Assembly (NCBI RefSeq): GCF_001194135.2
Contig: NC_068987.1
Location: 83,039,662-83,103,661, forward strand
Source: Octopus bimaculoides
Taxonomy: Eukaryota
DNA: 64,000 bases
Reading direction: 5' to 3'
Below are positions 1 through 14,633 of this stretch, in pieces (within the stretch, counting starts at the first letter, position 1; every line of letters begins with the position of its first letter). The position numbers were made by a program, and so were the translations under genes. The notes beneath the pieces are model-generated. The model did no database searches. It was not told the DNA's origin and was given only the letters and a program-made list of their open reading frames with translations.

Positions 1-2429
1 AAAAAAAAAAATAATACAATAAAGGAGTGAATGGCCAGAGTAGAAATTTGACATAAGTTAACATCTCAATTCAGCCAATTTAGCTGTGATACCTCATGCA
101 GTTTTTATGTATTTTCTGAACAATGTTATTTTGCTTCTATATTCATTGAGTAATTCTTTTATTACTAATCCAGCAAGTACAACATGAAGTCTATATTTTA
201 CCAATGAGGCTCTGATTAGACAAAAATATGTCAAGAGATGTTTATTCTTTTATTTGTTTCAGTCATTTGACTGTGGCCATGCTGGAACACTGCATTTAGT
301 TGAACAAATCAACCCCAGGACTTATTCTTTGTAGGCCTAGTGCTTATTCTTTTGGTCTTTTTTGCTGAATTGTTAAGTTACAGGGACGAAACACACCAAC
401 ATGTTTCCTGTACTTACGGAAATAATTGAAACGATATTAGTTGTTAATTAATATCTGATGCCATAAGTGACACACAGACATATTAGACACACTTCAGTTT
501 CGGCTGTTCATATTCAGGAAAATGGTTTTTAATATCTTAAAGCATGTAATACTTAAAAGTAATCCAGCAGTATATTACAAAACATTACGAAGGTACCACA
601 GCTATAGCAGAAAACATTATCATCATCATTTAACATCCATGTTCCATGCTGGTTGGCTCAGTTTGAAGAATATGTCTTACACTACTTTCCAGCAACATTC
701 TAACTCCATGTTCATGCAGGATCAAGTCATATATATTATGTTCAGTTTTCCAGGCTGGTATAAGTCAGACTGGTCCCCTAATGCCTCATCATGGACTGGG
801 TACTTTTTATTGTACCACTGGCACTAGAGAGGCTCGGTATGGCAAGACTGAATAGTCTTCTCATCCTTGTATCAGGTTTTAATCAGAATAACTATTCTTT
901 AGATAGGTTGCCTGTGCTGCAGCTTGCAGAATTCACATCTCTGTTTACTCCTACCCCGACACCTTTTTTCCTTGTTTTTTTTTGTTTTTTTTTTGCATAC
1001 TTTAGCTAGATGTTCTTCCTTTTCTCTCACCTGATTCGTTGTGCTGGGTGCATTTTATTGCCATCAAGTTCAATAGATTTAGAAACAATTCTTCAGTTTA
1101 AACTGTACACATGATTTTGGTAGGCCAAAGAGAGTGAAGATACTTTTGAAGCAATACATAGCAGTTTGATGTAGTTAAGCACTCCAGAATTGGAAAAGAA
1201 ATTCATCTACAAATACTGAAAAAAAAATTTTAATTTTTCTTATAGAAGATGGCTTAAAACCCAAGAAATTAAATGGCGATAAGTAACCATGGTTACTTTC
1301 ACAAGATAAGCTGATTATGTGGCAACATTAGAGGCTTTGGTTTTGCTATTGCACACAATTCACGATTACGGATACATTCTTCAACTGTTTATATTGTACT
1401 GCGTTTCAAGGTGTTTTAAGAATTAAGAAGAAATACCAAAATTAACAAAATGTCCATGTAGTAAAAGATAACAATGAACAAATAGCAACTGTATCAATAT
1501 TTAAGTTGGTTTTAATACATCTAATGCAAGGAGCATTAAAAGAAAAATAACTAGAAATAGTTATACAGTGAAGAAAATATGATATTACTACATTTTATGG
1601 AATACAAGACATACCTTTTCCTAAAGTTACACCAGGTTCTCATAGGCAAAGTTGGGCCTCCCATAAGCTAATTTTGCCCCTGACACTCACGGCTATGGGC
1701 TAATTTTAATCCAGTCAATCTTCTGTGTTTTGGTTTATGTCCAACTGTAATGGAAGCTTGCGTTTTATTAACCCTTTCGTTACTGTATTTATTTTGAGAT
1801 GCTTGATTTATTTTAATAAAAATTCAAGGCAGTGCCCCACCATGCTTATAGTCTAATGACTGGAACAAATAAAAGATACACACACATACAAGGTTCAGGA
1901 GTGGCTGTGTGGTAAGGAGCTTTCTTTCCAGCCACACAGTTCTGGGTTCAGTCCCACTGTGGAGCACCTTGGGCAAGTGTCTTCTACTATAGCCTCGGAC
2001 TGACCAAAGCCTTGTAAGTGGATTTGGTCGACGGAAACTGAAAGAAGTCCGTTTTATATATATATATATATCTATATATATATATATATANNNNNNNNNN
2101 NNNNNNNNNNNNNNNNNNNNNNNNNNNNNNNNNNNNNNNNNNNNNNNNNNNNNNNNNNNNNNNNNNNNNNNNNNNNNNNNNNNNNNNNNNNNNNNNNNNN
2201 NNNNNNNNNNNNNNNNNNNNNNNNNNNNNNNNNNNNNNNNNNNNNNNNNNNNNNNTTCTTTCCAGCCACACAGTTCTGGGTTCAGTCCCACTGTGGAGCA
2301 CCTTGGGCAAGTGTCTTCTACTATAGCCTCGGACTGACCAAAGCCTTGTAAGTGGATTTGGTCGACGGAAACTGAAAGAAGTCCGTTTTATATATATATA
2401 TATATCTATATATATATATATATATATAT

Positions 2430-2545
2430 ATAAAGTGAAGTATATTTGCCACTTAAATGTGGCTGACCCCGAGGGGCTAAAAGCAATAGTAACATCCACC
2501 CCTCGGGGTCAGCCACATTTAAGTGGCAAATATACTTCACTTTAT
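2430..2545. mobile_element. Small foldback/MITE with perfect 47-bp inverted arms at the edge of a (TA)n tract
   Basis: 2430-2476 is the exact reverse complement of 2499-2545; 22-nt spacer. Confidence 0.75.
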
Positions 2546-3230
2546 CGTGCAGTTACTGTTAATACCTCGTTCAGAGATTTAACATTGGTTATATATATAT
2601 ATATATATATACATATATATGTATGTGTATATTTATGTGTGTGTGTTTGCTCCCCCCACCATCGCTTGACAACTGATGTTGGTATGTTTATGTCCCTGTA
2701 ACGTAGTGGTTTGGCAAATGACACTGATAGAATAAGTAGTAGGCTTTAAAAAAAGTACTGGGGACGATTTGTTTGACTAAAGATGGTGCTCCAGCATGAC
2801 CGCAGTCAAAATGACTGCAACAAATAAAAGAATAATAATGTATTAATGGGCTGGCATAGAACTGTAGTAGAAGACACTTGCCTGTGGTGCCATGCAGTGG
2901 AACTGAACCAAAAACCACGTGGCTGAGAAGCAAGTTTCTTACCAAACAGCCACACCTATGCCTCAATGATGAGGATGATGGCTTGTTATTTTTACCTGTG
3001 ATATAATTGCAATAATAGTTGACCACATCATTAACCAGTGATTTGTATGCCATTTGTAGAAAGAGTGCCAAATTCAAAAGGTGACCTGATGTAAATGAGA
3101 TACACTTGAGAGCAATTTATGCTCATTGAATTACTACCTTAGGTTATATACAACAAAATCCTTTTTGATATTTTGTGGAAACATACTCTTAATTCTTCTT
3201 TGGCTGTTTATTACTTTCCTCTCTCGTTAG

Positions 3231-3385
3231 CTTTTATGTTTATGGACATAGAAGATCACATGACAAAATCATTATACAAGTAGGACTCAATAAAGAGAAT
3301 CATTAAACATTTATTCAGCATTGACATCACAGCAGCTGTTCAGCTATTTGAAGCAATTTCCTTCATATTACAACATTGCATTCAG
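3231..3385 (+). other. Candidate non-coding (5' UTR-like) exon
   Basis: Strong acceptor (ttactttcctctctcgttAG) and donor (CAG|GTGAGT) around 155 nt of non-repetitive sequence; all three frames contain a stop. Confidence 0.35.
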
Positions 3386-3842
3386 GTGAGTTCTGATGTA
3401 ACCTTAATCCTAAATTAGATTCTGTTGTTTCTTATCTCTACTTTTGGTTTTAGATTTACATTTAGAGTACTCAAAAATATTCACCAACTGTCATATAAAA
3501 TGACACGGTATAATCATCATTATCGTTTTAACATCCACTTTTCCATGCTTGCATGGGTCAGGGGTGAATTTGTTGTGGCAGATTTTCATGGTCAGATAGA
3601 TGCCTTCCCTGCTTCCAAGGTAATATTTCCCTATTTATTCTTTTATTCTTTTGTTTCAGTCATTTGACTGCCGCCATGCTGGAGCACCACCTTTAGTCAA
3701 GCAAATTGACCCCAGGACTTACTCTTTTAAGCCTAGTACTTATTCTATCATTCTCTCTTGCTGAACCACTATGTGCCGTAGATGTAAACATACCAGCATT
3801 GGTTGTCAAGCGATGTTGGGAGGACAGACACACACACACACG

Positions 3843-3876
<34 letters not shown>

Positions 3877-6739
3877 CGACGGGCTTCTTTCAGTTTCCAT
3901 CTACCAAATCCACTCACAAGGCTTTGGTCAGCTGGAGGCTATAGTAGAAGACACTTGCCCAAGGTACCACGCAGTGGGACTGAACCCGGAACCATATGGT
4001 TGGTAAGCAAGCTACTTACCACACAGCCACTCCTGCACCTGTAAACATGTTTTTACAGAAGACTGGAAATGAAGGACAGCCCTTGCATGATGGTGATGCT
4101 TGCTTACAACTTCTTGTAGTGAAAATGGCACTCCTCTTCCCACGTGACAAAGTGGTGTGAAGGGGCCACTACAGAGTCAGACAGTCAGTTGTAGTAGTAG
4201 GTCAGTAGTAATAGAGTTGTACGAGTTCTGAGTTGGAGTCAGTGTCAGTAACAGGATATATTTGAGTTCAAGTCACCGTTAAAGTAGACGTTTCAAAATC
4301 ATTGTCTCGCAGAGCTATCAGTGATAGCACGATAGATGAGTCGATAATAATAAGACATAGAATACTGCCACAACACAATAGTAGCAACAAGAATATTACA
4401 GTGCCAACAATAACATACAAGTGGACGAGGATCCACATTATAACACAACTATTATGTGATATCAAGGTAAGGAGGCAATAACAAATACACACACACACTG
4501 GGCTTCTTTTCAGTCTCCATCTTCCAAGTCCACTCATAAATTCACTCATAAGTGGCCCAAGGTGCCACGCAGTTGGACTGAACCCAAAACCATGTGGTTG
4601 GGAAGCCAACTTCTTACCACACGGCCATGCCTGCACCTCACTGCCACCAGACTAAATACCACAATTATCACCAGTGGCTGATGTAATTAATATGAGATAG
4701 TTAATCAATCAAATGGATTGAAATTCTGCAAAGGAGTGAATTAAATTCATCATAGCAAAATAATTACAGAATTAAGATTAATAAAATATTTACAATTAAC
4801 AGGAGCAGTTCAAGTTGACAGTTCAAGAAGTGATTGTTAGTTTAGCTTTCTAAAATGATATAAGATTTATCAAATTGCAGGAACTTCTATGTGGTTGTTT
4901 AAGCTGCTGGAAACAGAAGGCAAGTCTCCCTTAAAATCTCAGCCTTCTGTCTTTAAAATGACAGTTCTAGTAATGATGATGATGATGATAATTCTTTCTA
5001 ATTTTAGGCACAAGGCCCACAAGCAATTTGAGGGTTGGGGGCAAGTCACATCAGCTCCTGTACATAACTGGTACTTTATTTTATCAACCCTCAAAGTTGG
5101 TTTCCATGGAATTTGAACTCAAAGGGTAAACAGCTGGAAGAAAGATTCTACTAGTTCACCGCATTAATAATAATAATAATGATGGTCACTCCCATCAGTT
5201 TCGATGCATCAGTGTTTGAAGGAGAGAGAGAACTGAACGCTAAAGAGAGTAATAACAAAAAAAATCCCAAAAAAAGGGCTGCATCTATTTGTGATGGATG
5301 TGTGAATGTAATTTTAGTCCAGGTATGGATTTTGCTATGACGTCGCAATGGGGACATTGATAATTTCGGTCATTTGACTGTGGCCATGCTGGAGCACCAC
5401 CTTTAGTCAAGCAAATCGACCCCACGACTTATTCTTTGTAAGCCTAGTACTTATTTTGTCGGTCTCTTTTTGCTGAACCGCTAAGTTACAGAGACGTAAA
5501 CACACCAAAATCGGTTGTCAAGCGATGGTGGGTGGGACAAACACAGACACACGAACATATACACACACACACATACATACATATATTTACATACATATAT
5601 ACAATGGGCTTCTTTCAGTTTCCGTCTACCAAATCCACTCACAAGGCTTTGGTTGGCCTGAGGCTATAGTAGAAGACACTTGCCCAAAGTGCCGCGCAGT
5701 GGGACTGAACTCGGAACCATGTGTTTCGTAAGCAAGGTCGGTCTGAACATAAAACATATAGAACATGGCTGGATATGTTAAAGGGTTAAAGAAATTTTTG
5801 AAAGCTATATTTATGAATATAGGTTTTCAACTTCACTTTAAATATATACAAATTTTACTGTTTTATATTATTTTCATTTTTAGTTTTGTCATTTTAATTA
5901 ACTTCATAGCACATAAATTATCAAGCATCATTTAACATCATCATCATCATTTAAAACATGCTTGTGAGGGCCAGACGGAATTTGTTGAAGTAATTTTTTT
6001 TTTTTTCTGCCATAGTGTTTCATTGACCTATAATTGTTGGAAGACATGATATTTAAAAAATAATTATAAATTATCTCTAATTAGTAGGAAAAACATTTTG
6101 TGATTTTTTTGCAGTAGTTAGGTAATTTAAGTGCTATTGTTGTGTGCAAGTTTTTAATTAGGTTTTAGCTGAACATTCCAAATCCTTTATATCTGAGAGT
6201 GATTGAAGATTACTTAACTTTTAGATTCTTTGTCCTAATATACTTTTCATTGATAGCATCTTCTTAATCCATTGCTTCAAGTCTGTATTAATCCTATCCA
6301 GAATGCATCATATTTCCAACTCTTTTTTCATGAGTAACTTATTGTTTATTACCACTAATCCCAGAGGTTTTTAATCTGGTGACCCAATACTCTATTCCCT
6401 GCTCCATTAAACCTAATGTCTCATGACTAATGTAAAAAGGTCTCTGATGAAATTACATCTCTTTCATCAATGAGGACTTTTTCCCCTTTTTTTTTATCAT
6501 TAAAGTCCTTGGTCATGCACAACAAGGCAGTAGAGCTAGAAGGGCAGAAACTGAAAAATACTACAAGAGAGAGGGACTTGTTATTTTATTATTTAAAAAT
6601 TTTTTTTTTTTTTGCAGACAAATTCTCTAGTGTTAAATGTAGAATAAAATGCGCCCATTCCATGCTGTGAAATGGTTGGTATTAGGAAGGCCATCTTACT
6701 GTAAAAACATATGATTGGTAGTTTTATTTTTTGTCCTTT

Positions 6740-7125
6740 TCATCATCATCATCATCGTTTAACATCGGCTCTCCATGCTAGCATGGGTTGGACGATTTGA
6801 CTGAGGACTGGTGAAACCAGATGGCTACACCAGGCTCCAATCTGATTTGGCAGAGTTTCTACAGCTGGATGCCCTTCCTAACAGCAACCACTCCGAGAGT
6901 GTAGTGAGTGCTTTTACGTGCCACCAGCAACAAGGCCAGTCAGGCGATACTGGCAACGGCCACACTCAAAATGGTGTATTTTATGTGCCACCTGCACAGG
7001 AGCCAGTCCAGCGGCACTGGCAGCAATCTCGCACGAATGTCTTTTCACATGCCACCGGCACAAGTGCCCGGAAGGCGACACTGGTAACGATTACACTCAA
7101 ATGGTGCTATTTATGTGCCACTGGC
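6740..7125 (-). mobile_element. Representative (CAT)n/(GAT)n-tailed repeat = 5'-truncated RTE LINE 3' UTR
   Basis: catcatcatcgtttaac..ccatgctagcatgggttggacg..cagctggatgcccttcctaac; same sequence family as the 3' end of the RTE at 46100-46665. Many copies, e.g. 10025-10305, 16160-16400, 18965-19315, 25920-26360, 27810-28110, 32490-32745, 38510-38865, 52380-52600, 58435-58815, 59650-60045, 63850-64000. Confidence 0.85.
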
Positions 7126-8192
7126 ACAGAAGCCAAACAGCTGCTCTGGTTCATTAAATGATAAAACACCAAGACATGTGATGAGATGCTGCAGTAAAAC
7201 AGACCCCTCTCATCCTTGCCAGCATGCAAACCTGATGCACAATGAGGATGACAAGCCAATAGTAATGAAAGAAATGACTCAAATGCTAATTGGTAGAGAA
7301 ATTGCATAACATGTTCTCATCAGAAGGCACGTGGCTTAGTAGTTAGGGTGTTGTACTCACAATTGCAAGATCGTGGTTTCAATTCATGGACCAGGCAGTG
7401 AGTTATTTTCTTGAGTAAAGCACTTCATTTCAAGTTGCTTCAGTCCCCTCAGCTGTAAATGCAACTGACTGATGTCCCATTCAGGAAGAATGTTGAGATC
7501 TTGGTCACTTATACACTGTGGAAGCCAGGCAACCAGTCCTCTGAGTCATAGGACTTGAAACAGTAATATCCAGAGGTTGATGATGTTGATGATATCCTCG
7601 TATTGGGAGTTGTTGATGAGAATATCATCCTACATAGACCCTGCCCCACCCTTCTATATGTGCCTGGCTATCATACCCTATTTTGTCTCTGTTTTTCCTC
7701 AAACTGTGGTGAGTATTTTTTTACCTCATAGACAGCTCATTGGATTGTCATAAATAAACAAAACAAAGACGCCAATCTCTACTACATAAACACAACAGTA
7801 ATTACAAAAATTACCTAAATAACCATAGACATCCCTCATTATCTGCTCTATTAGAAATTATGGTTTCAATATATATGTGTTTCTGTGCTTATGTTTAAAC
7901 TGATCTAAAACCCAGTGTTGTTTTATGATGCATTCTTTAATGTCACCTAAGTTTTACTGACTCTGACTCCAGCTACCCCATTATTGTTTCAGACTCTGTC
8001 TCCATGACTCCGACTCCACAGCCCTGGTAATAACTGAATTATGGATACATGTTATAGTTTCTCATGTTAACATATTGCTGTTGTTTAGCCCCAGGTCAGC
8101 CTGGATCAAGCAGATTACAAGTGATCCAGCTGAGATATTCCTATTTCATTTATCTAAAACCACTTCTTCCAGTTTTTCTTTCCTTTTCTTAA

Positions 8193-8413
8193 TCCTTTAG
8201 CATTTAGATTAATCCATCAACACTAATGCTCATTTATCCACATGTATTATAAATTAATCATGTATTATCTCATAGCCATGTGATTTTCATGATGCGATTG
8301 TCTATGTTTAAAATGACCTTGTAGGGTAGGTGTAAGAGGCCAGACTTGGCCAGTTTGAATGTAAAACAGATCAAATATTTGGGCTGAATATGGCCTGTTT
8401 GAATGCTAAAGGG
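8193..8413. mobile_element. piggyBac-like MITE
   Basis: TTAA|tCCTTTAGCATT ... AATGCTAAAGGG|TTAC terminal inverted repeats with a near-TTAA target site. Confidence 0.6.
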
Positions 8414-8975
8414 TTACAGTTGAATATAACCAGGAAAGTGATTGATTATTGGAAAGCATATCAAAGATTCAGCTTATTGCTATGCCTTAGTCTTCTTGGG
8501 AACCAGAATACATACAACATCAGGCACTTCTATCTCTTTTACTTGTTGCTGTTATTGGGCCGGGGCCATGCTAGGGCACCACCTTCAAGGGTTTTAGTCA
8601 AACAAATTAACCCCAGGACTGTTTTTAAACTCTGGTGCTTATTTTATCGGTCTCTTGCTGAACTGTTAAGTCATGGGGGAGGTAAACAAACCAAAACCAA
8701 TTGCCAACTGATAAGGGGTAACACACACATACACTACACACACATACACTACACACACATACACATTTAAAGTGCTTTTTTTTATTTCTGTTTACTCTTT
8801 TATTTGTTTAGTCATTTGACTGGCTATGCTGGAGCACCACCTTTAGTTGAACAAATCAACTTATTCTTTGTAAGCCTAGTACTTATTCTATCGGTCTCTT
8901 TTGCTAAACCACTAAGTTACGGGGATGTAAATACACCAACATCAGTTGTCAAGCAATGGTAGGGGACAAACACAC

Positions 8976-9008
<33 letters not shown>

Positions 9009-11064
9009 CGATGGGCTTCTTCCAGTTTCCATCTACCAAATCCACTCACAAGGCTTTGGTCGGCCCGAGGCTATAGTAGAAGACACTTGCCCAAGGTGCC
9101 ATGCAGTTGGACTGAACCGGGAACCAACCATGTGTTTGGTAAGCAACCTACTTACAACAGCCACTCCTGCACCTACATATATATATACACACATGCATGC
9201 ATGCATGCATGCATGCACACACACACACACATATAATAGGCTCTCCATACAGTTTCCATTTACTGAATTCACTAACAAGGAGCTGGTCGGCTTGGAGCTA
9301 TAGTAGAAGATACTTGCCCGAGATGCCATGTGGTGGGATTGAACAGAAAACCCCATGGTTGCAAGTGACCTTCATTTCCATTAAAAAAAAATTTTTCTTG
9401 TCAGTGGTGTATGATATTGAAATTCCAGATATATTACATTTACTTTGCTGTCCAGTATATTTTTGAGAATCAGGAGATATTGGTATTGTGTCAGAAATAG
9501 TATAGCTTCTCAGTGTAGAATATTGACAAGTTCTTTTAGGATTTCTTTGAGTCGAGTTGCATCCTCTGAATTGAACAACTTGTTACAACTATAATTTATC
9601 TCTGTTGAAGAAACAGGCAGCAGTTTAGAATTTGCGTGCTAAAAGGTGTGTGAAGCGATGTTTTAGAATATATTAGAGAAGACTGTGACCATAGAATATG
9701 TAACTAGCATCTTAATCTTTGATGTTGAGAAATGTTATTTTTTTTTTTTCTTTTGGCTGATTTATTTATTTATTTGAATTGTACATTTTGTGAACAATAG
9801 CATTGTTGGTTATAAGTATCCATTGATATTACAAGATATTTTAATTTTTATACTGGTTTATCAGTTTTTCTCTCTGATGTGAACAGAGCTGAGTGCACTC
9901 ATTCACACTCACACAGCATCATCATCATCATTTATCATTGACTTTTCCATGTTTGTATATGTGTGCCAGACAGAATTCATTGCCGGATTTTTTTTATCCT
10001 GTCACCAACACTCACTTGTTTCCATCCTAGCGTGATCGTTACCAGCGTCGCCTTACTGGCACGTTAGAAAACATTCGAGCGAGGTCGTTGCCAGTGCCGC
10101 TGGACTGGCTCCTGTGCAGGTGGCACGTAAAAAAGACCATTTTGAGCGTGGCCATTGCCAGTACCGCCTGACTGGCCCTTGTGCTGGTGGCATGTAAAAG
10201 CTCCCACTACACTCTCGGAGTGGTTGGCATTAGGAAGGGCATCCAGCTGTAGAAACTCTCCCAGATCAGATTGGAGCCTGGTGCAGCCATCCGGTTCACC
10301 AGTCAAATTATTTAGCTAATCTTAATGACTCCAGCAGTCTGGGACTTATTTGGGTAATTACTGTTTTTTATACTGCCAAGTCATGAGATATAAATGCAGC
10401 CACTATTTTTCCAAATGTATAAGCAGACACACACATTACAAGCTTTCACACTTACACATATATACTATGAGCTTCCACAGTTTGTCTACCAATTTCATTC
10501 ACAAGACATTTTGTTAGCCTCTAGCTATAGCAAAAGACACTTGATGTTGCTTTCAAATAACATGTTTGTTTTTTTGTTGTTGTTGTTGTCGTCATTCTTG
10601 AGTGCATAATGAAGAATTATTTACTGTTAACATTTACTGCTATGATGCCTGATGGAGGAGTCTTCTGTGAAATTTGACTGACAGGAAGTAGTGTGGTTTC
10701 TGGGAAAATCAAAGATCATGTAAAATGACAGAAAATGGGTTGGATATGTGAAAAGGGAAAAAAGGAAAATAGAAATGCTACAGGCTTGTGGTTGGTTTTA
10801 GCTATCTAAAGCGATGACGATATTTAAAACCTTTACACTTCAATACTGAAAAAATTATTCTTCTAATTAGTTAAATTATCATGAAATATGTGTGTGTGTG
10901 TGTCACGATCATCATCATCATCATTATTTGTTGTCTCTTTTCCATGTTCATGTGAGTTTGACAGTTTGACAGGAGCCAGTGAGCTAGAGGGCTGTACCAG
11001 CTCTTGTTAAAGCTATTAAATCCATACTAGCATGGAAAACAAATGTTAAATGATGATGATCATC

Positions 11065-11322
11065 ATCATACACACACTCACTCACTCACTCGCACACATG
11101 CACACACACACTCACACACACACACACACACACACTCACTCACTCATTCACTCACTCATTCACTCACTCACTCACACACACACACACACACACACTCACT
11201 CAGTCACACACACTCACTCACTCACTCACTCACACACTCACACACACACTCTCTCACTCACTCACACACACAATCACACACACATTCACTCACTCACTCA
11301 CACACACACACACACACACACA
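11065..11322. repeat. Compound (CA)n/(CACT)n microsatellite
   Basis: Directly visible. Confidence 0.95.
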
Positions 11323-14155
11323 CAATTTTGTTGCAAATTTGCAGAAGTGCATTTACTTGTTAAAAATAAAAATTGAATGAATGAAACCAGTGTGAAAGTC
11401 AGCCCAAGTCTATCATTTGGGGACGTGTTTCCTTTTCCATCAGATAAGATGTAAGTGAAAATATAAAGTTTGTGCCTGCGATAGATAGATGATAGATAAT
11501 AGCCTGAGTGATGTGCAATGTCTCTCTCTCTCTCTCTTTGTATAAGTATATTTTTGCCTGTGTGTGTGTATGTGTGTTTGTATATTTTGGCCTCCAGCAC
11601 CAAATCATACTGTTGCCAAAACTGGTGGAATGTTCACTTAGTCATGCCAGATTGTCGATACCCAAACAGCTGTGCTGAATAGTTTCATTTCCAAAGTCAG
11701 ATATCGATGTTGAACCTAACAGATATATTTGCTCTCTTTACAAAAAGTACTTTTGGCCTAAAAAGAAAATAAAATGAAATTATTTAAGATCATCATTGTC
11801 ATCATCACTATTACTCTTTTACTTGTTTCAGTCTTTTGACTGCAGCCATGCTGGAGCACCACCTTTAGTTGAGCAAATCGACCCCAGGACTTAGTCTTTG
11901 TAAGCCTAGTACTTATTCTATCGGACCCTTTTGCTGAACCGCTAAGTTACGGGGACGTAAACACACCACCATCGGTTGTCAAGCGATGTCGGTGGGACAA
12001 ACACAGACACACAAACATATACACACACATACATATATATGACGGGCTTCTTTCAGTTTTCGTCTACCAAATCCTCTCACAAGGCTTTGGTCGGCCCAAG
12101 GCTATAGTAGATGACACTTATCTAAGGTGCCATGCAGTGGGACTGAACCCGGAACTATGCGGTTACGGGGACGTAAACACACCACCATCGGTTGTCAAGT
12201 GATGTTGGGGGGACAAACACAGACACACAAACATATACACACACATACATATATACAACGGGCTTCTTTCAGTTTTTGTCTACCAAATCTTCTCACAAGG
12301 CTTTGGTCGGCCCAAGGCTATAGTAGAAGACACTTACCCAAGGTGCCATGCAGTGGGACTGAACCTGGAACCATGTGGTTGGTAAGCNNNNNNNNNNGTA
12401 GAAGACACTTACCCAAGGTGCCATGCAGTGGGACTGAACCTGGAACCATGTGGTTGGTAAGCAAGCTACTTATTACACAGCCACTCCTGCGTCTATTGTT
12501 TAACATCGATTTTCCATGCTGGCATGGCTTGGGCGGTTTGACAGGGAGCTGGTCAGCGAGCTAGCTGTCTAGGCTCCAATTGTCTTTTTGATATGGGTGC
12601 TTTTACCTGGCACCAGTGTGAGCATGCATTTCACATGGCACCAGCACCTGCAAGTCAAAGACCTTTCGGCTGGGAGAGGGAGGGGGGAATTCCATTAAAT
12701 GTATCTATTTGTAAAGATAGGCATGGGCATGATTGAGTGGTCAAGAAACTCACTTTGCAACCATATGATTTTGGGTTCAGTCCCATTGTCCGTTACCTTG
12801 GGCAAACGTATTCTCTGATAGTCCCATGTTGACTAATGCCTTGTGAATGAATATGACTGATAAGAACTACCTGGAAGCCTGGTTTTGTGTGTGTGCACGC
12901 ACGTGTGTGTTTATGTGTGCATGTGTGAGAGTGTGTGTGTGCATGCATGCATGTATGTTTATGTTTGCCTCTCCCCGTTTGACAGCCATTTATTTATATC
13001 TCTGTAACTTAGCAGTTTGACAAAAATTGACTGATAAAATAAGAACCAGGCTTAAAATAAATACTAGGGTTAATTTGATTGAATAAGTCCTCCAGTATGG
13101 CCACAATCTAATTACTGAAACATACAAAAAAAAAAAAAATTCAGTCTCAATTTAAAGTGTTAACATGCTATCTTTTATCTTTTACTTGTCTCAGTTATTG
13201 GACTGTGGCCATGCTGGGGCACTACTTCGTAGGGTTTTAATAAAATAAATTGTCCCCAGTACTTGGGTTTTTAAGTCTTGTACTTATTCCATTGGTCACT
13301 TTTGTTGAATTGCTAAGTCATGAAGATGTAAACAAACAGTGGTTGTCAGGTGGTGTTGGTTGGTAGTGGGGATGACAGACACACACACACAAACACACAT
13401 ACACACAAACACACACACATACACACACACAAACACACATACACACACGCATGTGTGTGTGACAAGCTTCCACTCAGTTTCCATCTATCAAATTCACTTG
13501 CTAGGCATTGACCACCGCAGAGCTATAACAGAAGACTTACTTGCTACATACTGCCCAATGGGGCTGAACCTGAAAGCACACGATTGCAATATGAGTTTCT
13601 TACCCATGCAGCCATTCCTGCGCCTATTAGTCTCATTCCTACATTTGAATTATTGATTCCTTATAGTTTGATTATTGATTTTTAAAGCTATAAAACATTA
13701 AACTCACCTGAAGTTGTTCTTTGATAAAAGAACCAAAAACGTACATTTCTTTCTTTTAAAGTGTTTATAAGTATTTAAGTTCCAAACACTAATTTAGTAA
13801 CACAAAAGTTAGTTAATTTACTAAATCTTTCCATTTGCTTGATTATTTTCAAAATTAATTAAAACAAAAGTAACAAGAAAAAATATACAAGAAAATCTGT
13901 TAGTAATTATAATAATTGATTGTTAAAATTGATGTAAGGAACATAATTCTGTAAAACGACTTTACTCTTTTACTTGTTTCAGTCATTTGAGTGTGGCCAT
14001 GCTGGAGCACCGCCTTTAGTCGAGCAAATCGACCCCAGGACTTATTCTTTGTAAGCCTAGTACTGACTTTATCGGTCCCTTGTGCTGAACCGCTAAGTTA
14101 CGGGGACATAAACAAAACAGCATCGGTTGTCAAGCAATGTTGAGGAGACACACAC

Positions 14156-14202
<47 letters not shown>

Positions 14203-14594
14203 NNNNNNNNNNNNNNNNNNNNNNNNNNNNNNNNNNNNNNNNNNNNNNNNNNNNNNNNNNNNNNNNNNNNNNNNNNNNNNNNNNNNNNNNNNNNNNNNNN
14301 NNNNNNNNNNNNNNNNNNNNNNNNNNNNNNNNNNNNNNNNNNNNNNNNNNNNNNNNNNNNNNNNNNNNNNNNNNNNNNNNNNNNNNNNNNNNNNNNNNNN
14401 NNNNNNNNNNNNNNNNNNNNNNNNNTAATATAATATAAAATAAAATAGAATAAAAATGGATGGCACCATGAAAGAAAGTATTGAATGTAGATGAAATATT
14501 GAGTGTTCAATATAAAGGATCAAATATATAAATATAAATATATAAAGGCGACTCGAGTTTCAGGGCTATTTCCCTTCGTCATGGCCGGTATGAC

Positions 14595-14633
<39 letters not shown>

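Noticed and set aside
1281-1298. 18-bp perfect palindrome aagtaaccatggttactt
   Set aside because: Too short and isolated to support a functional call.
1925-2430. Apparent tandem duplication around the gap 2091-2255
   Set aside because: Identical sequence on both sides of a gap is typical unmerged contig overlap; same for 12330-12457 and 43450-43593.
4130-4460. Possible LTR/PBS remnant (acaaagtggtgtgaag)
   Set aside because: Only a weak PBS resemblance; no paired LTR or gag/pol similarity recognised.
11043-11376. His/Thr-rich ORFs
   Set aside because: (CA)n/(CACT)n microsatellite translation.
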